Below, in pieces: positions 39,384 to 50,249 of a stretch of 64,000 nt of DNA (its first letter is position 1; every line of letters begins with the position of its first letter). The stretch lies in contig CP065006.1 in NCBI GenBank assembly GCA_016699695.1, positions 1,392,521-1,456,520 on the forward strand, written 5' to 3'. Position numbers and translations under genes: made by a program. Below the pieces are notes generated by a model, which saw only the letters and a program-made list of their open reading frames with translations, was not told where the DNA came from and searched no databases. The DNA comes from Bacteroidota bacterium. Lineage in GTDB: Bacteria; Bacteroidota; Bacteroidia; Bacteroidales; UBA10428.

Positions 39384-40868
39384 CTAATACCTATAATGTT
39401 CAGGCTTGTAAGGGCCTTCGACTTTTACACCTATGTAATCGGCTTGTTGTTTGGTAAGCACTGTAAGCTCTACACCCAATTTGGCAAGATGCAAACGGGC
39501 TACTTTTTCATCCAGAATTTTTGGCAAGGTATATACTTGTCCGTTTTTATAGTCGATGCCCGAAAGGGTAGCTTGTTTTTGTGCATTTTTCCAGAGATCG
39601 ATCTGAGCAATGGTTTGGTTGGTAAAACTGGCACTCATCACAAAGCTGGGGTGGCCAGTGGCACATCCGAGATTGAGCAGGCGGCCTTCGGCTAAAACAA
39701 GCACACTGTGTCCATCGGGGAATATCCACTCGTCGTATTGTGGTTTGATGTTGCGGGTTTTAATACCGGGCACCTTTTTCAGACCGGCCATATTTATTTC
39801 GTTATCAAAGTGCCCGATGTTGCCAACAATAGCACGGTGCTTCATTTTGGCCATGTGTTCAGACGTAATGATATCAAAGTTTCCGGTAGTGGTAATAAAA
39901 ATATCGGCCGAAGACAAAACGCTTTCAAGTTTTTTTACTTCGTAGCCTTCCATGCTGGCTTGCAGGGCACAAATAGGATCAATTTCGGTAATCACTACGC
40001 GTGCTCCCTGGCCACGCAGGGATTGGGCACATCCTTTACCCACATCTCCATAACCGCATACTACAGCCATTTTACCCGACATCATTACATCGGTGGCACG
40101 GTTTAAGCCATCCACTAAAGAGTGACGGCAACCATAAAGGTTATCGAATTTCGACTTGGTAACCGAATCGTTTACATTGATAGCCGGAAATGGCAATGTA
40201 CCATTTTTCGACATCTCGTAAAGACGGTGAACTCCTGTAGTGGTTTCTTCCGATACGCCTTTTATCGAGTCGCGGGTTTTTCTCCATCGGTCGGGGCTCT
40301 CTGATTTCACACGATGAAGCGTTTCCAATATTACACCCCACTCTTCAGAATCTTTTTCAGAATTAAAAGCGGGTATGCCTTTGGTTTCAAATTCTGCACC
40401 TTTAATCACCATCATGGTAGCATCGCCGCCATCGTCGAGAATCAGGTTAGGGTAACCACCATCGGGCCATTGCAATGCCTGCTCGGTACACCACCAGTAT
40501 TCGTCTAATGTCTCGCCTTTCCAGGCATACACAGCAACACCAGTTGGATTCTCAGATGTGCCATTCTTACCCACCGCCACAGCAGCGGCAGCATGGTCCT
40601 GTGTCGAAAATATATTACAACTTACCCATCTTACATCGGCACCCAGTTCCACAAGGGTTTCAATGAGCACTGCAGTTTGTACGGTCATGTGCAAACTACC
40701 CATAATCCGGGCTCCTTTCAGTGGCTTTTGTTTTCCATACTCCTCGCGCAAAGCCATAAGGCCAGGCATTTCGGTCTCGGCTAATTCAATTTCTTTCCGT
40801 CCCCAGTCGGCCAGATTGATGTCGGCCACTTTGTAGGTAATTCTCTCTGTCAATGTTGTGTTTCCCAT
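39384..40868 (-). CDS. ahcY: adenosylhomocysteinase
   Basis: 494 aa with the N-terminus [27 protein letters not shown], the NAD site [10 protein letters not shown] and the C-terminus YRY. Confidence 0.96.
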   Translation of the reverse strand: MGNTTLTERITYKVADINLADWGRKEIELAETEMPGLMALREEYGKQKPLKGARIMGSLHMTVQTAVLIETLVELGADVRWVSCNIFSTQDHAAAAVAVGKNGTSENPTGVAVYAWKGETLDEYWWCTEQALQWPDGGYPNLILDDGGDATMMVIKGAEFETKGIPAFNSEKDSEEWGVILETLHRVKSESPDRWRKTRDSIKGVSEETTTGVHRLYEMSKNGTLPFPAINVNDSVTKSKFDNLYGCRHSLVDGLNRATDVMMSGKMAVVCGYGDVGKGCAQSLRGQGARVVITEIDPICALQASMEGYEVKKLESVLSSADIFITTTGNFDIITSEHMAKMKHRAIVGNIGHFDNEINMAGLKKVPGIKTRNIKPQYDEWIFPDGHSVLVLAEGRLLNLGCATGHPSFVMSASFTNQTIAQIDLWKNAQKQATLSGIDYKNGQVYTLPKILDEKVARLHLAKLGVELTVLTKQQADYIGVKVEGPYKPEHYRY

Positions 40869-40876
40869 TTCTAATT

Positions 40877-41815
40877 TTAATGCTTTTTCTTATTGAAGTA
40901 ATTTAAAATTTCTATACGATCTGTTTCAATTTGTTTCTTTAAGAGATCGAGGTTTTCGAATTTTTTCTCGGCTCTGATACGCTTAAAGAAATGCAAAGTT
41001 AAATGTTTGTCATACAAATCTTGTTCTAAATCGAAAAAGTTTGCCTCCATTACCTTGTGCCCACGGTTATCAACAGTAGGACGGGTACCAATGTTCAACA
41101 TACCTTTAAAAAGCTTTCCATCAATGTTGGTTTCGATGGCGTAAACCCCTTCGGCTGGCAGCAGTTTGTAGATTTCGGGCAACTCAATATTGGCGGTCGG
41201 AAAACCCATTGCCCTACCAAGTTTATTTCCATGTATCACATTGCCCGAAACAGTATATGGGTAACCAAGCATAAGGTTGGCATGCTCCAGGTCGCCATGT
41301 AAAATAAATTGTCTAATGCGCGAAGAACTTACTCCCTCGCCATCGATTTCAATCTTCTGAAGTTGTTCGGTTGTAAAACCAGCTTGCTGGCCATAATTGC
41401 ACAAACTCTCATAACTACCTTGCCGGTCTTTTCCGAAGTGATGATTAAACCCAACAACCAGGTGCCGTACCCGAAGTTTTTCTACCAACACACGGTGAAT
41501 AAACACATCGTAAGGCAAGGCTGCAAATTCTGCTGAAAAGGGTATTAACAAAACCTGGTCAATGCCTGAATGCTCAAGCCTTAACAACTTCTCTTCCAAA
41601 GTAGAAAGCAACTGAAGACCAGCAGCATCTTTGTTTAAAACGTATCGGGGGTGGGGCCAAAGTGTAACAAGCGTGCTCAAGGTTTGATACTTTTTCTTTA
41701 TTTCGTCAAGCCTTCGGATAATTTGCTGATGCGCCAGGTGCACGCCATCGAAAATACCAATGGTTGCCACTGTATGTAGGGGTATTTCGGCCGACAAATC
41801 TTTATAAAGCTTCAA
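40877..41815 (-). CDS. ribF: bifunctional riboflavin kinase / FMN adenylyltransferase
   Basis: 312 aa with the [11 protein letters not shown] motif and the riboflavin kinase C-terminal half (GFPTANI). It appears to start at a TTG. Confidence 0.9.
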   Translation of the reverse strand: MKLYKDLSAEIPLHTVATIGIFDGVHLAHQQIIRRLDEIKKKYQTLSTLVTLWPHPRYVLNKDAAGLQLLSTLEEKLLRLEHSGIDQVLLIPFSAEFAALPYDVFIHRVLVEKLRVRHLVVGFNHHFGKDRQGSYESLCNYGQQAGFTTEQLQKIEIDGEGVSSSRIRQFILHGDLEHANLMLGYPYTVSGNVIHGNKLGRAMGFPTANIELPEIYKLLPAEGVYAIETNIDGKLFKGMLNIGTRPTVDNRGHKVMEANFFDLEQDLYDKHLTLHFFKRIRAEKKFENLDLLKKQIETDRIEILNYFNKKKH

Positions 41816-41840
41816 CCTGAAGTGTTTTTTCTTGAATGTG

Positions 41841-41848
41841 CAAATTTA
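41841..41848 (-). promoter_or_regulatory. candidate -7 box (TAAATTTG on the minus strand) for ribF
   Basis: The plus strand reads CAAATTTA, 26 nt upstream of the ribF start. Confidence 0.4.
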
Positions 41849-42081
41849 GCAAAAAGAAGCAAAGGTCGGAATCAAATTGAAACCATAGATTTTTAAAGGT
41901 TGAAGAGTCGATTCCCTTTTTTTTTATTACGGCCGGAAATTATCCCTGCACATTCGCTATCTTTAAAGGCTAAAGCATCGAAATATGAAACCCACATGTT
42001 TTAGCTAACACAAACACATAAGTATTTATTTTACAAACATGTGTGGTTCCATCATTCCTTAATAATAAAAAAATAAAATTG

Positions 42082-44103
42082 ATGAAAAACCTACCTAAAA
42101 TAGTTCATGACGATCCCTGGCTCGAACCCTTTGCTCCTGTCATTGCCAGTCGACGCGATGCAGCCCTTAACCTGATTGAACGTTTAAAGAACCAATTTGG
42201 TAACCTTAAGGCCTTTGCAACCGGACACCTTTATTATGGACTTCATCGGGTTACAGAGGGCTGGATATTTCGCGAGTGGGCCCCCAATGCTACAGCAATT
42301 TACATGATAGGTGAGTTTAATGACTGGAAAGAAACATCTGACTACAAGCTTAAATCGCTCGAAGACGGAAACTGGGAAATTAAATTGGCGAGTGACCAGT
42401 TGAAAGACAAACAAAAGTTTAAACTGGTAATACACTGGCATGGCGGAAAAGGCGAACGACTGCCTTCTTATACCTGGTATTGCGTGCAGGACGAACACAC
42501 CAAAGTATTCGACGCGGTGGTACTCGATAGGAAACCCTACCAATGGAAGCACGAAAGTCCAGCAAAAAATATCAAAGTTCCTATCATCTACGAAGCCCAT
42601 GTGGGAATGGCCACAGAAGAAGAAAAAGTAGGATCCTATAAGGAATTTTGCGAGCTGGTATTACCCCGCATCCAAAAGGCAGGATACAATACCGTGCAGC
42701 TGATGGCGGTGCAGGAACATCCCTATTATGGATCGTTTGGATACCATGTATCGAATTACTTTGCCGCCTCCTCGCGCTTTGGTACTCCCGATGAATTAAA
42801 GGAACTTATCGATACCGCACATGGCATGGGTATGATGGTGATTATGGATCTGGTGCACTCGCATGCCGTAAAAAATGAAGTAGAGGGATTGGGAAGGTTC
42901 GATGGTACGCCCTACCAATATTTTCATAGCAACCACCGGCGCGAACATGTGGCCTGGGATTCGCTTTGTTTCGATTATGGCAAGGAGCATGTCATGCATT
43001 TTCTGCTCTCGAACTGCCAATATTGGCTGGCCGAATACCAATTCGATGGTTATCGCTTCGATGGAGTTACCAGCATGCTCTATTACGATCACGGACTCGA
43101 AAGAGCTTTCACCAGCTATGCTGCCTATTTCGATGGCGGACAAGACCCCGATGCAATCAACTACCTTTGCCTGGCTAACGAGCTGATACACGAAGTAAAT
43201 CCACTGGCAATTTCCATAGCAGAAGAAATGAGCGGACTACCGGGTTTGGCTGAACCAGTGCAGGATGGTGGTCTGGGTTTCAATTACAGGCTGGCCATGG
43301 GTATGCCCGATTATTGGATAAAAATTATTAAAGAGAAGCAAGACGAGCAATGGAATGTAACCGAAATGTTCTATGAACTCACCAGCCGCAGAGCAAATGA
43401 GAAAACCATATCCTATGCCGAATCGCACGATCAGGCACTGGTAGGGGATAAAACAATTATCTTCCGGCTCATAGACAAAGAAATGTACTGGCACATGAAT
43501 AAACCCTCGGAAAACCTTCTGGTCGACCGGGGAATGGCGCTGCATAAAATGATACGTTTAATAACTTTCGCGGCAAGCGGAGGTGGCTACCTGAATTTTA
43601 TGGGTAATGAATTTGGCCACCCCGAGTGGATTGATTTTCCACGCGAAGGCAATGGATGGTCGTACAAACATGCCCGCCGCCAATGGAGCCTTGCCGATCA
43701 CCCCGACTTGCGGTATCATTTTCTTGCCGATTTCGACCGCGATATGATTCACCTGCACACACATACTAAGTTCTTGCGCGAGCCCTGGTGTTACAAATGG
43801 GCCGACAACCAAGGCGATCAGGTTCTTGCTTTCAGTCGTGGCGAGTTGCTTTTTGTGTTCAACTTTAACCCATCTAAAAGCTTTCCCAATTATGGCATTG
43901 CTGTAAATGCAGGAACATACAATGTGGGGCTTTGTACCGATTCGAAACTATATGGCGGATATGGTAATATTGATGAAAGCCTGATTTATACCACCGAACG
44001 TATCGGAGGTACTGCCGGAAAAGATTGGATCAAATTATATCTTCCAAGCCGCACAGCTCTTGTATTAAAGAAAAAGAAAACAGCATCTGTATTAAATCTT
44101 TAA
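42082..44103 (+). CDS. glgB: 1,4-alpha-glucan branching enzyme (GH13, eukaryote-like subfamily)
   Basis: It has the GH13 motifs VIMDLVHSH, GYRFDGVTSMLY, AEEMSG and YAESHDQ. The ORF track uses a GTG at 42043, and I prefer the ATG at 42082. Confidence 0.9.
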   Translation: MKNLPKIVHDDPWLEPFAPVIASRRDAALNLIERLKNQFGNLKAFATGHLYYGLHRVTEGWIFREWAPNATAIYMIGEFNDWKETSDYKLKSLEDGNWEIKLASDQLKDKQKFKLVIHWHGGKGERLPSYTWYCVQDEHTKVFDAVVLDRKPYQWKHESPAKNIKVPIIYEAHVGMATEEEKVGSYKEFCELVLPRIQKAGYNTVQLMAVQEHPYYGSFGYHVSNYFAASSRFGTPDELKELIDTAHGMGMMVIMDLVHSHAVKNEVEGLGRFDGTPYQYFHSNHRREHVAWDSLCFDYGKEHVMHFLLSNCQYWLAEYQFDGYRFDGVTSMLYYDHGLERAFTSYAAYFDGGQDPDAINYLCLANELIHEVNPLAISIAEEMSGLPGLAEPVQDGGLGFNYRLAMGMPDYWIKIIKEKQDEQWNVTEMFYELTSRRANEKTISYAESHDQALVGDKTIIFRLIDKEMYWHMNKPSENLLVDRGMALHKMIRLITFAASGGGYLNFMGNEFGHPEWIDFPREGNGWSYKHARRQWSLADHPDLRYHFLADFDRDMIHLHTHTKFLREPWCYKWADNQGDQVLAFSRGELLFVFNFNPSKSFPNYGIAVNAGTYNVGLCTDSKLYGGYGNIDESLIYTTERIGGTAGKDWIKLYLPSRTALVLKKKKTASVLNL

Positions 44104-44120
44104 ACACCCAAACAATTTTC

Positions 44121-44699
44121 ATGAAAAATATTCTCCTCATTAACGGGCACCCCGATAAAGAAAGCTTTTGCTATCAATTGGCTGCCAGCTATCAGAAAGG
44201 TGCTGAGCAATCTGGTGCACAATTTAAAATACTCAACCTTGCCGACTTAAAATTTGATCCAATCCTTCATTTTGGCTACCGAAAGCGAACCGAACTGGAA
44301 CCTGACTTAATTGAAGCGCAGAAATTAATTCTCGAGGCCGATCATCTTGTTTTCGTTTATCCAACATGGTGGGGCACTTTCCCTGCTTTGCTCAAAGGGT
44401 TTATCGACCGGGTATTTTTACCCAAATATGCATTCAGTTTTCAGGAAAATAGCCCCTTTCCATTGAAACTGCTGAAGGACAAATCGGCACGACTGCTAGT
44501 AACCATGGATACACCCCTTTGGTATAACCGGCTCATTTACCACAACGCCGGCCACAACGCCATGAAAAAGGCTACTTTAAAATTCTGCGGAGTCAAACCA
44601 GTGAAGATCTCTGCTTTTGGGCCTATTAAAAGCGCAACCAAAAGCAAACTAGCCAAATGGAGCCAACAGGTGGAAGATTTAGGCCGCAACCAAAAATAA
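44121..44699 (+). CDS. flavodoxin-like-fold NAD(P)H:quinone oxidoreductase (KefF/MdaB-like)
   Basis: 192 aa from the ATG at 44121 (MKNILLINGHPDKESF...). It contains LVFVYPTWWGTFPALLKGFIDRV. Confidence 0.8.
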   Translation: MKNILLINGHPDKESFCYQLAASYQKGAEQSGAQFKILNLADLKFDPILHFGYRKRTELEPDLIEAQKLILEADHLVFVYPTWWGTFPALLKGFIDRVFLPKYAFSFQENSPFPLKLLKDKSARLLVTMDTPLWYNRLIYHNAGHNAMKKATLKFCGVKPVKISAFGPIKSATKSKLAKWSQQVEDLGRNQK

Positions 44700-44733
44700 T
44701 GGATGAATTATTTTTCAAATATAAAATTTTAAC

Positions 44734-44741
44734 TAATTTTG
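44734..44741 (+). promoter_or_regulatory. candidate -7 box (TAATTTTG) for rpsT
   Basis: It matches TAnnTTTG and lies about 45 nt upstream of the ATG at 44786. Confidence 0.45.
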
Positions 44742-44785
44742 TCGCTCCAAAATAAAGAGGTTTAAGCACGTAATTATCAAGATCA

Positions 44786-45037
44786 ATGGCAAATCATAAA
44801 TCAGCGCTGAAAAGAATCAGGCAAAACGAAGAAACTAAAGTTGACAATAAGTATTACGCACGTACTACCCGTAACGCCATTAAACAACTTAGAACAACTA
44901 CTGACAAAGCAGAGGCTCAGGCTCTATTGCCTAAAGTATCTTCTATGCTCGATAAACTGGCTAAACGCAACGACATTCACAAAAACAAAGCGGCAAATTT
45001 AAAATCTGGCTTAACCAAGCACGTAAGCAGCCTGTAA
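44786..45037 (+). CDS. rpsT: 30S ribosomal protein S20
   Basis: 83 aa with the MANHKSALKRIRQ N-terminus and a basic helical body. Confidence 0.95.
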   Translation: MANHKSALKRIRQNEETKVDNKYYARTTRNAIKQLRTTTDKAEAQALLPKVSSMLDKLAKRNDIHKNKAANLKSGLTKHVSSL

Positions 45038-45060
45038 TTGCCTTTTAAAGAATATTCACT

Positions 45061-45093
45061 GCCCGGGTACCTGGTATCCGGGCTATTTTTTTT
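45061..45093 (+). terminator. intrinsic terminator after rpsT
   Basis: GCCCGG...CCGGGC stem followed by TATTTTTTTT. Confidence 0.7.
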
Positions 45094-47707
45094 CTGGCAA
45101 CATCAATACCGATTCCCTTTTCTCCGTTCTATCTCCGTTTGGATGCCAGGCTTCGAAATAAACAATGTAATACCCCATTGGCAAACGTTTTCCTTCCTCG
45201 CTAAGGCCATCCCATAAATAACTTCCTTCAAGGGCGCACAGCTCATTCTGAACCAGATCTCGTACCAATGCCCCCTGCGAATTAAAAATCTTAATCTTGC
45301 AAACAAATCCTTGCTCAGCAAACGAATACGAAATAAGTAGAAAATCATCCTCACCATTGTTATCAGGACTAATGGCAGAGGGTGTAAAAGAAACATTTTC
45401 TGCGATAGGATTTAACTCAGTACTTTGCGAATTTAATGCGGCAGGGGTGCTATATCCGGTATGGGTAGCAGCCGAATGCCAATTGCTGACAAGTAAGCCG
45501 GATATTTCAGGCGAAATCCTTTCCAGGGAAACTCCCTTTGAATTCAAGAGCAAAGAAAAATGCATTTGGGGTGAGAAAATAGCAGCATCCATTATGCTTC
45601 CATCCGGCTGCAAAAGAGCAAATTTGCCTCCATCGTTGTGAAGACTTATCCATTGCTGAGGTTCTACTACAAGGTCTGCGTGGAGGGATGGATATGTAAA
45701 TAACAATTGTTGCTCATTCTCGGTAAGAACAATGTAATGCTCTGGCATCAACTGGAAAGAAGCCTCGAAAAGACTTATAGCAGATTTAATTGTATCTGCA
45801 TACAAATCGAAGAATCCAAGCTGGAAATCCTTCAGGTCAAGGCACTTTTCCGAAGCATTGAAAAGTTCAATATACTCGGGAATTGCATCCGTAGCATCGA
45901 ACATAATTTCATTAATTACCACATCCGCACTATCGACTTCTTGAGGAATCCCAAAACTCATAGCTTCGGTTATTACAGAGGTTCCAGAACAATCATGCAA
46001 ACGAGAATTTACTTGAAGGGTATATTCAACTTTAGATGACAAGGGCTGGTTAAAAATCAGTCCGATTTCTTTATATTCAGGTCCGATGGCCTTTGCCGTA
46101 TCGGGGTAAAATGAAAAAGGCAGAAACAAATAATTGCTTACTTGTTGAGCAGAAAAACTGTCAAGAGATTCGGTAAAAGTTGCCTTCAGAGAATGTTGCG
46201 TGATTTCAGAAAGGCCTGACAAGCTCACAACAGGGTATTCAAATTCCTCTACTGGAAGCGAATTTCCCTGCCCCGGCGTACCGCCTGATTCGTGCCTGCT
46301 TGCTTCCCAATTGCCTTTGGTAATGCAGGGGTAATTGAGATTCATCAATTCCATCGACCAACCGCCATCTCTTTTTTCCTGATCACTTATCCAGACCGGA
46401 TCGTATTCAATCGTGTGAATAAGACTTCCTTCCTGGTTATAGAGAGTTAGCACTTCACCATCGTTAGGTAGGGCGGGAAAGGTGCTAACCGGTATTTTCG
46501 ACAAAGTACTATCAAACTTATTCATGCAACCATCATCGGCCACCAGAACACTTTTTCCTGGCAACAAAAGAAAAAAAGGAAAAATGGCCGGTAATCTGTC
46601 GCCCGAAACTAATTTCCAGTTTTTCAGGTTCACCGTATCTGCCGACCGGTTGAACAACTCAATGTATTCGCACTCCGGTTGCCCTATTGTTGGAGTTGGA
46701 TCGGCCATAATTTCTATAATTAACACATCGTGATAAGCGGCCTGGTGATATGTAAATTTTGCCGTGAGAAAGGGCAGTGCATTCCCCGTAAGATCGCTTA
46801 CATTGTATATTTCCAAGAGATTCTTTTCTGAAAAAATTGCATCATAGCTTACCAGGGCTTCGCTACTCGTTCGCCATTTAAGTGAAACAGGCTTGTAAAA
46901 ACGGTTGACAACAAAGAGCACCCTGCGGGTGGTATCGATTTCTTCGTCGAAAGTTACAAGCAGGCTCCTGCCATCGATTACTTCCACATGCTTTGCAACT
47001 GGAGGCTGAACGTCTGCAAGAAATTTGCCTTTCAGCATTACATCGTCCAACCAAAGTTTCTGATCTTGTGTAGCTGTATAGCGATAAAAAATTCCTGAGT
47101 AATTCGAAGTACAATAAATAGAATCTATTGCCTCTAAAACCTTGAATTCAGTTCCGGAAGTATCGAGATAGACCTGCCATTCTTTATCCAAATTCCTGGT
47201 TACTCTGATTCGAACCGGGGTGCCCGGCAAAATTTCTTCCTGCCAGTTAAAATCTCCGGTACTTATGGTAGTGGCGGATCCATTAAAACGCCAGAGTCTT
47301 AAAAAATCATCGGACCCCGTAAAGTTCACCCCCAACACATACCCCTGATTGCTTGCCGTGGGATACAGATGGGCTGACCCCTTCATACTGGTTAACCAGA
47401 AAGCCCAATTATTTGATGCCGAAGGATTGTAATCGTAGCGAATGGTAAAGCACCATTCTGTCATCGCCGAATCGAGCCTGAGTGGTTCATAGAAAAATGC
47501 AGCGGCATCGTGAAAGGATGCAGTGGTATCGAAACAGTGATGCAAAGAAGCTGTACCATCTATGGAATTTACACTATCGATACACCAATGCCCCGGGTTA
47601 CTTTGCTCCCAGGCGCTTAGATCAAAATCGTCAAATGTAAACCGCATTTCCTGTGCTTCAATGCAAACCACTATCAGCAGCAGACCAAGGGAATGAAAAC
47701 TGCGCAT
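45083..47707 (-). CDS. exported lamin-tail-domain (LTD) protein with a C-terminal FlgD-Ig-like beta-sandwich
   Basis: It has two LTD signatures (IIEIMADP...CEYIELFN...NLKNWKL and VINEIMFDA...PEYIELFN). The C-terminus is ISPDNNGEDDFLLISY...KIFNSQGALVRDL...YLWDG. I prefer the ATG at 47707, which gives the signal peptide MRSFHSLGLLLIVV. Confidence 0.75.
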   Translation of the reverse strand: MRSFHSLGLLLIVVCIEAQEMRFTFDDFDLSAWEQSNPGHWCIDSVNSIDGTASLHHCFDTTASFHDAAAFFYEPLRLDSAMTEWCFTIRYDYNPSASNNWAFWLTSMKGSAHLYPTASNQGYVLGVNFTGSDDFLRLWRFNGSATTISTGDFNWQEEILPGTPVRIRVTRNLDKEWQVYLDTSGTEFKVLEAIDSIYCTSNYSGIFYRYTATQDQKLWLDDVMLKGKFLADVQPPVAKHVEVIDGRSLLVTFDEEIDTTRRVLFVVNRFYKPVSLKWRTSSEALVSYDAIFSEKNLLEIYNVSDLTGNALPFLTAKFTYHQAAYHDVLIIEIMADPTPTIGQPECEYIELFNRSADTVNLKNWKLVSGDRLPAIFPFFLLLPGKSVLVADDGCMNKFDSTLSKIPVSTFPALPNDGEVLTLYNQEGSLIHTIEYDPVWISDQEKRDGGWSMELMNLNYPCITKGNWEASRHESGGTPGQGNSLPVEEFEYPVVSLSGLSEITQHSLKATFTESLDSFSAQQVSNYLFLPFSFYPDTAKAIGPEYKEIGLIFNQPLSSKVEYTLQVNSRLHDCSGTSVITEAMSFGIPQEVDSADVVINEIMFDATDAIPEYIELFNASEKCLDLKDFQLGFFDLYADTIKSAISLFEASFQLMPEHYIVLTENEQQLLFTYPSLHADLVVEPQQWISLHNDGGKFALLQPDGSIMDAAIFSPQMHFSLLLNSKGVSLERISPEISGLLVSNWHSAATHTGYSTPAALNSQSTELNPIAENVSFTPSAISPDNNGEDDFLLISYSFAEQGFVCKIKIFNSQGALVRDLVQNELCALEGSYLWDGLSEEGKRLPMGYYIVYFEAWHPNGDRTEKRESVLMLPEKK

Positions 47708-47799
47708 AGATGAAGCGGGTGAACAATGAATGACAAAAATCAGTAAACTATTATGCAATCAAGAAAATTATTGCGATTTTTGCAACAGATTAAACAAAA

Positions 47800-47827
47800 A
47801 AATCCCCGGTAAAGGGGATTTATTTTA
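47800..47827. other. terminator-like hairpin in the divergent region, about 35 nt upstream of asd
   Basis: AAATCCCC-GGTAAA-GGGGATTT with an A-run before it and TTTATTTTA after it. Confidence 0.5.
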
Positions 47828-47859
47828 TTGTTAAACTTTAAATTCAAGTATCTGACAAA

Positions 47860-48861
47860 ATGAAAGTAGCAATTGTTGGTGTAAGCGGTGCCGTAGGTCA
47901 GGAATTCCTGAGGGTACTCGGCGAGCGCAATTTCCCGATGGATGAGCTCGTGTTGTTTGGTTCAGGCAGAAGTGCCGGAAAAGAATACCTCTTCAAAGGT
48001 AAAACTCTGGCAGTTAAAGAACTTAAGCACAACGACGATTTTAAAGGTGTAGACATTGCCCTTGTTTCAGCGGGCGGTAGCACATCCAAAGAGTTTGCCT
48101 CTACCATTACCAAGCATGGTGCCGTGATGATTGACAATTCATCTGCTTTCCGAATGGAGAATGATGTGCCGCTGGTAGTGCCTGAAGTAAACCCCCAGGC
48201 AGCGAAAAACAGGCCCAGGAACATCATTGCCAACCCAAATTGTACCACCATTCAATTGGTAGTATGCCTGCAACCTATCGAAAAACTTTCACACATTAAA
48301 AAAGTACATGTAGCAACCTACCAGGCTGCCAGCGGTGCTGGTGCTGCTGCCATGGACGAGTTGGTGCTGCAAAGCAAACAATTAGCCAATGGAGAAAAAC
48401 CTACCGTGGAAAAATTCGCACATCAACTGGCCTTTAATCTTATTCCACAGGTGGATGTTTTTACCGATAACGACTATACCAAAGAAGAAATGAAAATGTT
48501 CTACGAGTCGAAAAAGATCATGGCTACTGACATTGAAGTAAGTGCTACCTGTGTGCGCGTTCCGGTAATGCGCAACCACTCCGAAGCTGTTTGGATAGAA
48601 ACAAACGAAGAACTTACAATAGAAGCCGTAAAGAAGGCTCTTGCCTCAGCTCCGGGTGTAAGCCTTTTCGAAGATGGAAAAACATACCCAATGCCTTTGA
48701 AAAGCGCCGGGGAAGACGATATTTTTGTGGGACGCGTACGCAAAGATCTTACCAACCCGAAAGGTATTACCTTTTGGTGCGTGGGCGACCAGATTAAGAA
48801 AGGTGCCGCACTCAATGCGGTGCAAATAGCCGAATACCTTGTTCAAAACAAACTACTCTAA
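47860..48861 (+). CDS. asd: aspartate-semialdehyde dehydrogenase
   Basis: 333 aa with [14 protein letters not shown], the active-site motif NPNCTT and SGAG. Confidence 0.95.
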   Translation: MKVAIVGVSGAVGQEFLRVLGERNFPMDELVLFGSGRSAGKEYLFKGKTLAVKELKHNDDFKGVDIALVSAGGSTSKEFASTITKHGAVMIDNSSAFRMENDVPLVVPEVNPQAAKNRPRNIIANPNCTTIQLVVCLQPIEKLSHIKKVHVATYQAASGAGAAAMDELVLQSKQLANGEKPTVEKFAHQLAFNLIPQVDVFTDNDYTKEEMKMFYESKKIMATDIEVSATCVRVPVMRNHSEAVWIETNEELTIEAVKKALASAPGVSLFEDGKTYPMPLKSAGEDDIFVGRVRKDLTNPKGITFWCVGDQIKKGAALNAVQIAEYLVQNKLL

Positions 48862-48883
48862 ACAAAGGAATGCAAAATAATTT

Positions 48884-48913
48884 AAAGGAGGCTGAAATAG
48901 TCTCCTTTTTTTT
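48884..48913 (+). terminator. intrinsic terminator after asd
   Basis: AAAGGAG...CTCCTTT stem followed by a T-run. Confidence 0.7.
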
Positions 48914-49658
48914 ATACCCCACGCTGATGCGGTGGCCATATGAATTTATGGATCTGAAGGTTTAAACGGACTTTTAACCTCTTCTCTTCGAAAATTTTGT
49001 TATGTAGTTTTAGAAATTCCACCAGTACAGGCAACTCTATCGCATCAAAAACCGGGGAGAAATTTAGTGTAAGCTGGCTTTGAGAAAAATGCCTTTGGTA
49101 TTTAGCAATTACTTCCATGGCATAGTCCAGATCGTGTTGATTGGCAACTACAAATTTAAGCTCGTCGCGTACATCGAGTTGTTCGATGTTCGAAAAAAGA
49201 TTGCGGCTTTCCATACCCGACGAGGGGCATTTAATGTCCATGGTATAAACCGGTCGGCTAAGTTCTGTGAGATTGAAAAATAACAACTCTTCGCTTGAAT
49301 ACAAAGGGCTTCCACCACTTGTTTCGATACGTACACGATAACCAGATTGTTGAAGGTAGGCAGGCAAATACCGCTTTGTTTTTTCTATCTCCAAAGGTTC
49401 GCCGCCTGTGCAAATTACTTCAGAACATCCAAAGAGTGCTACCTGATTCATTATCTCTTGAGGTTGCATCATTGGCACATCGTGTCCGGTTTCTTTAAAG
49501 CTATATTTCGTATCGCACCAGGTGCAACGCAGATCGCAACCTGCTGCTCGTACAAAAGTTGTCAGATTACCAGCCGAAACGCCTTCTCCCGAAATACTGT
49601 GAAATATTTCCACCATGGGTATTTTGGTGTCGTGAAATTTGGCAAGTAATCTGTTCAT
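48912..49658 (-). CDS. queE: 7-carboxy-7-deazaguanine synthase (radical SAM)
   Basis: 248 aa with the CDLRCTWCD radical-SAM cluster motif. It is adjacent to queD with a 1-nt overlap. Confidence 0.85.
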   Translation of the reverse strand: MNRLLAKFHDTKIPMVEIFHSISGEGVSAGNLTTFVRAAGCDLRCTWCDTKYSFKETGHDVPMMQPQEIMNQVALFGCSEVICTGGEPLEIEKTKRYLPAYLQQSGYRVRIETSGGSPLYSSEELLFFNLTELSRPVYTMDIKCPSSGMESRNLFSNIEQLDVRDELKFVVANQHDLDYAMEVIAKYQRHFSQSQLTLNFSPVFDAIELPVLVEFLKLHNKIFEEKRLKVRLNLQIHKFIWPPHQRGV

Positions 49659-50119
49659 CAGGCAATTACTTTAGCAAAACTTGTAGGAGATTCCCACACA
49701 ATAAGGCTATTTACATAAACCCCTAATTTCTTAATCTCCTGATCAATTTCGCTTTTAAAATGAATGGCCATCTCTTCAGCAGTAGGTCTGTAATCGATTT
49801 CCACCATCTTACGCTCGTATTTTCTAAGTATAGAGGCTATTTCATGCTCCATCGGATCGGTAGAATCTTTCCAATACAGAAAAGCATGATCGAGTTTGTC
49901 GACAACGAGTTGCTTAATAATTTCCTTCACATCGTTAAACTCCAGCACCATACTATGGTCTGTAAAACCCTTATGTTCGATTACGCCACCATCCTGACGT
50001 GCAATTTCAACCTGCATCGAATAGGTATGACCATGAATATTTCTGCATTTTCCGGCGTGATTAGCCAACATATGGGCCATACACCAGGTAAATTCTTTGG
50101 TAATGTATATCTTGCTCAT
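49658..50119 (-). CDS. queD: 6-carboxy-5,6,7,8-tetrahydropterin synthase
   Basis: It has PTPS-family motifs (CMAHML, NIHGHTY). I prefer the start at 50119 (MSKIYITKEF). Confidence 0.85.
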   Translation of the reverse strand: MSKIYITKEFTWCMAHMLANHAGKCRNIHGHTYSMQVEIARQDGGVIEHKGFTDHSMVLEFNDVKEIIKQLVVDKLDHAFLYWKDSTDPMEHEIASILRKYERKMVEIDYRPTAEEMAIHFKSEIDQEIKKLGVYVNSLIVWESPTSFAKVIA

Positions 50120-50249
50120 CTTACAGTTTGAGTTTTTCGGGTTAACAGTCAACTAAACATTCCAAACAAAAGATTGTTCTTCCCACTCTTTTGAGAAAAT
50201 CAGAGACTCACCACAAATTCAATCAATAATCAGCTTTCGGTGTACACTA

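Noticed and set aside
41866-41925. A hairpin plus T9 run upstream of glgB, considered as a possible sRNA terminator.
   Set aside because: The stem is only about 6 bp (GGAATC/GATTCC) with a loop of about 36 nt and no clear promoter. The evidence is too weak to call.
42043-42081. GTG start for glgB, and similar non-ATG extensions at 10054, 10247, 44025, 47758, 50152 and 50798.
   Set aside because: Internal ATGs give canonical N-termini or signal peptides and remove overlaps with neighbouring genes.
48912-50119. queE-queD, considered as part of a 7-deazaguanine DNA-modification (dpd-like) island.
   Set aside because: No dpdA/tgt-like, queC or restriction-type genes are adjacent. The flanks are housekeeping genes (asd and lipoproteins), so ordinary queuosine biosynthesis is the simpler reading.
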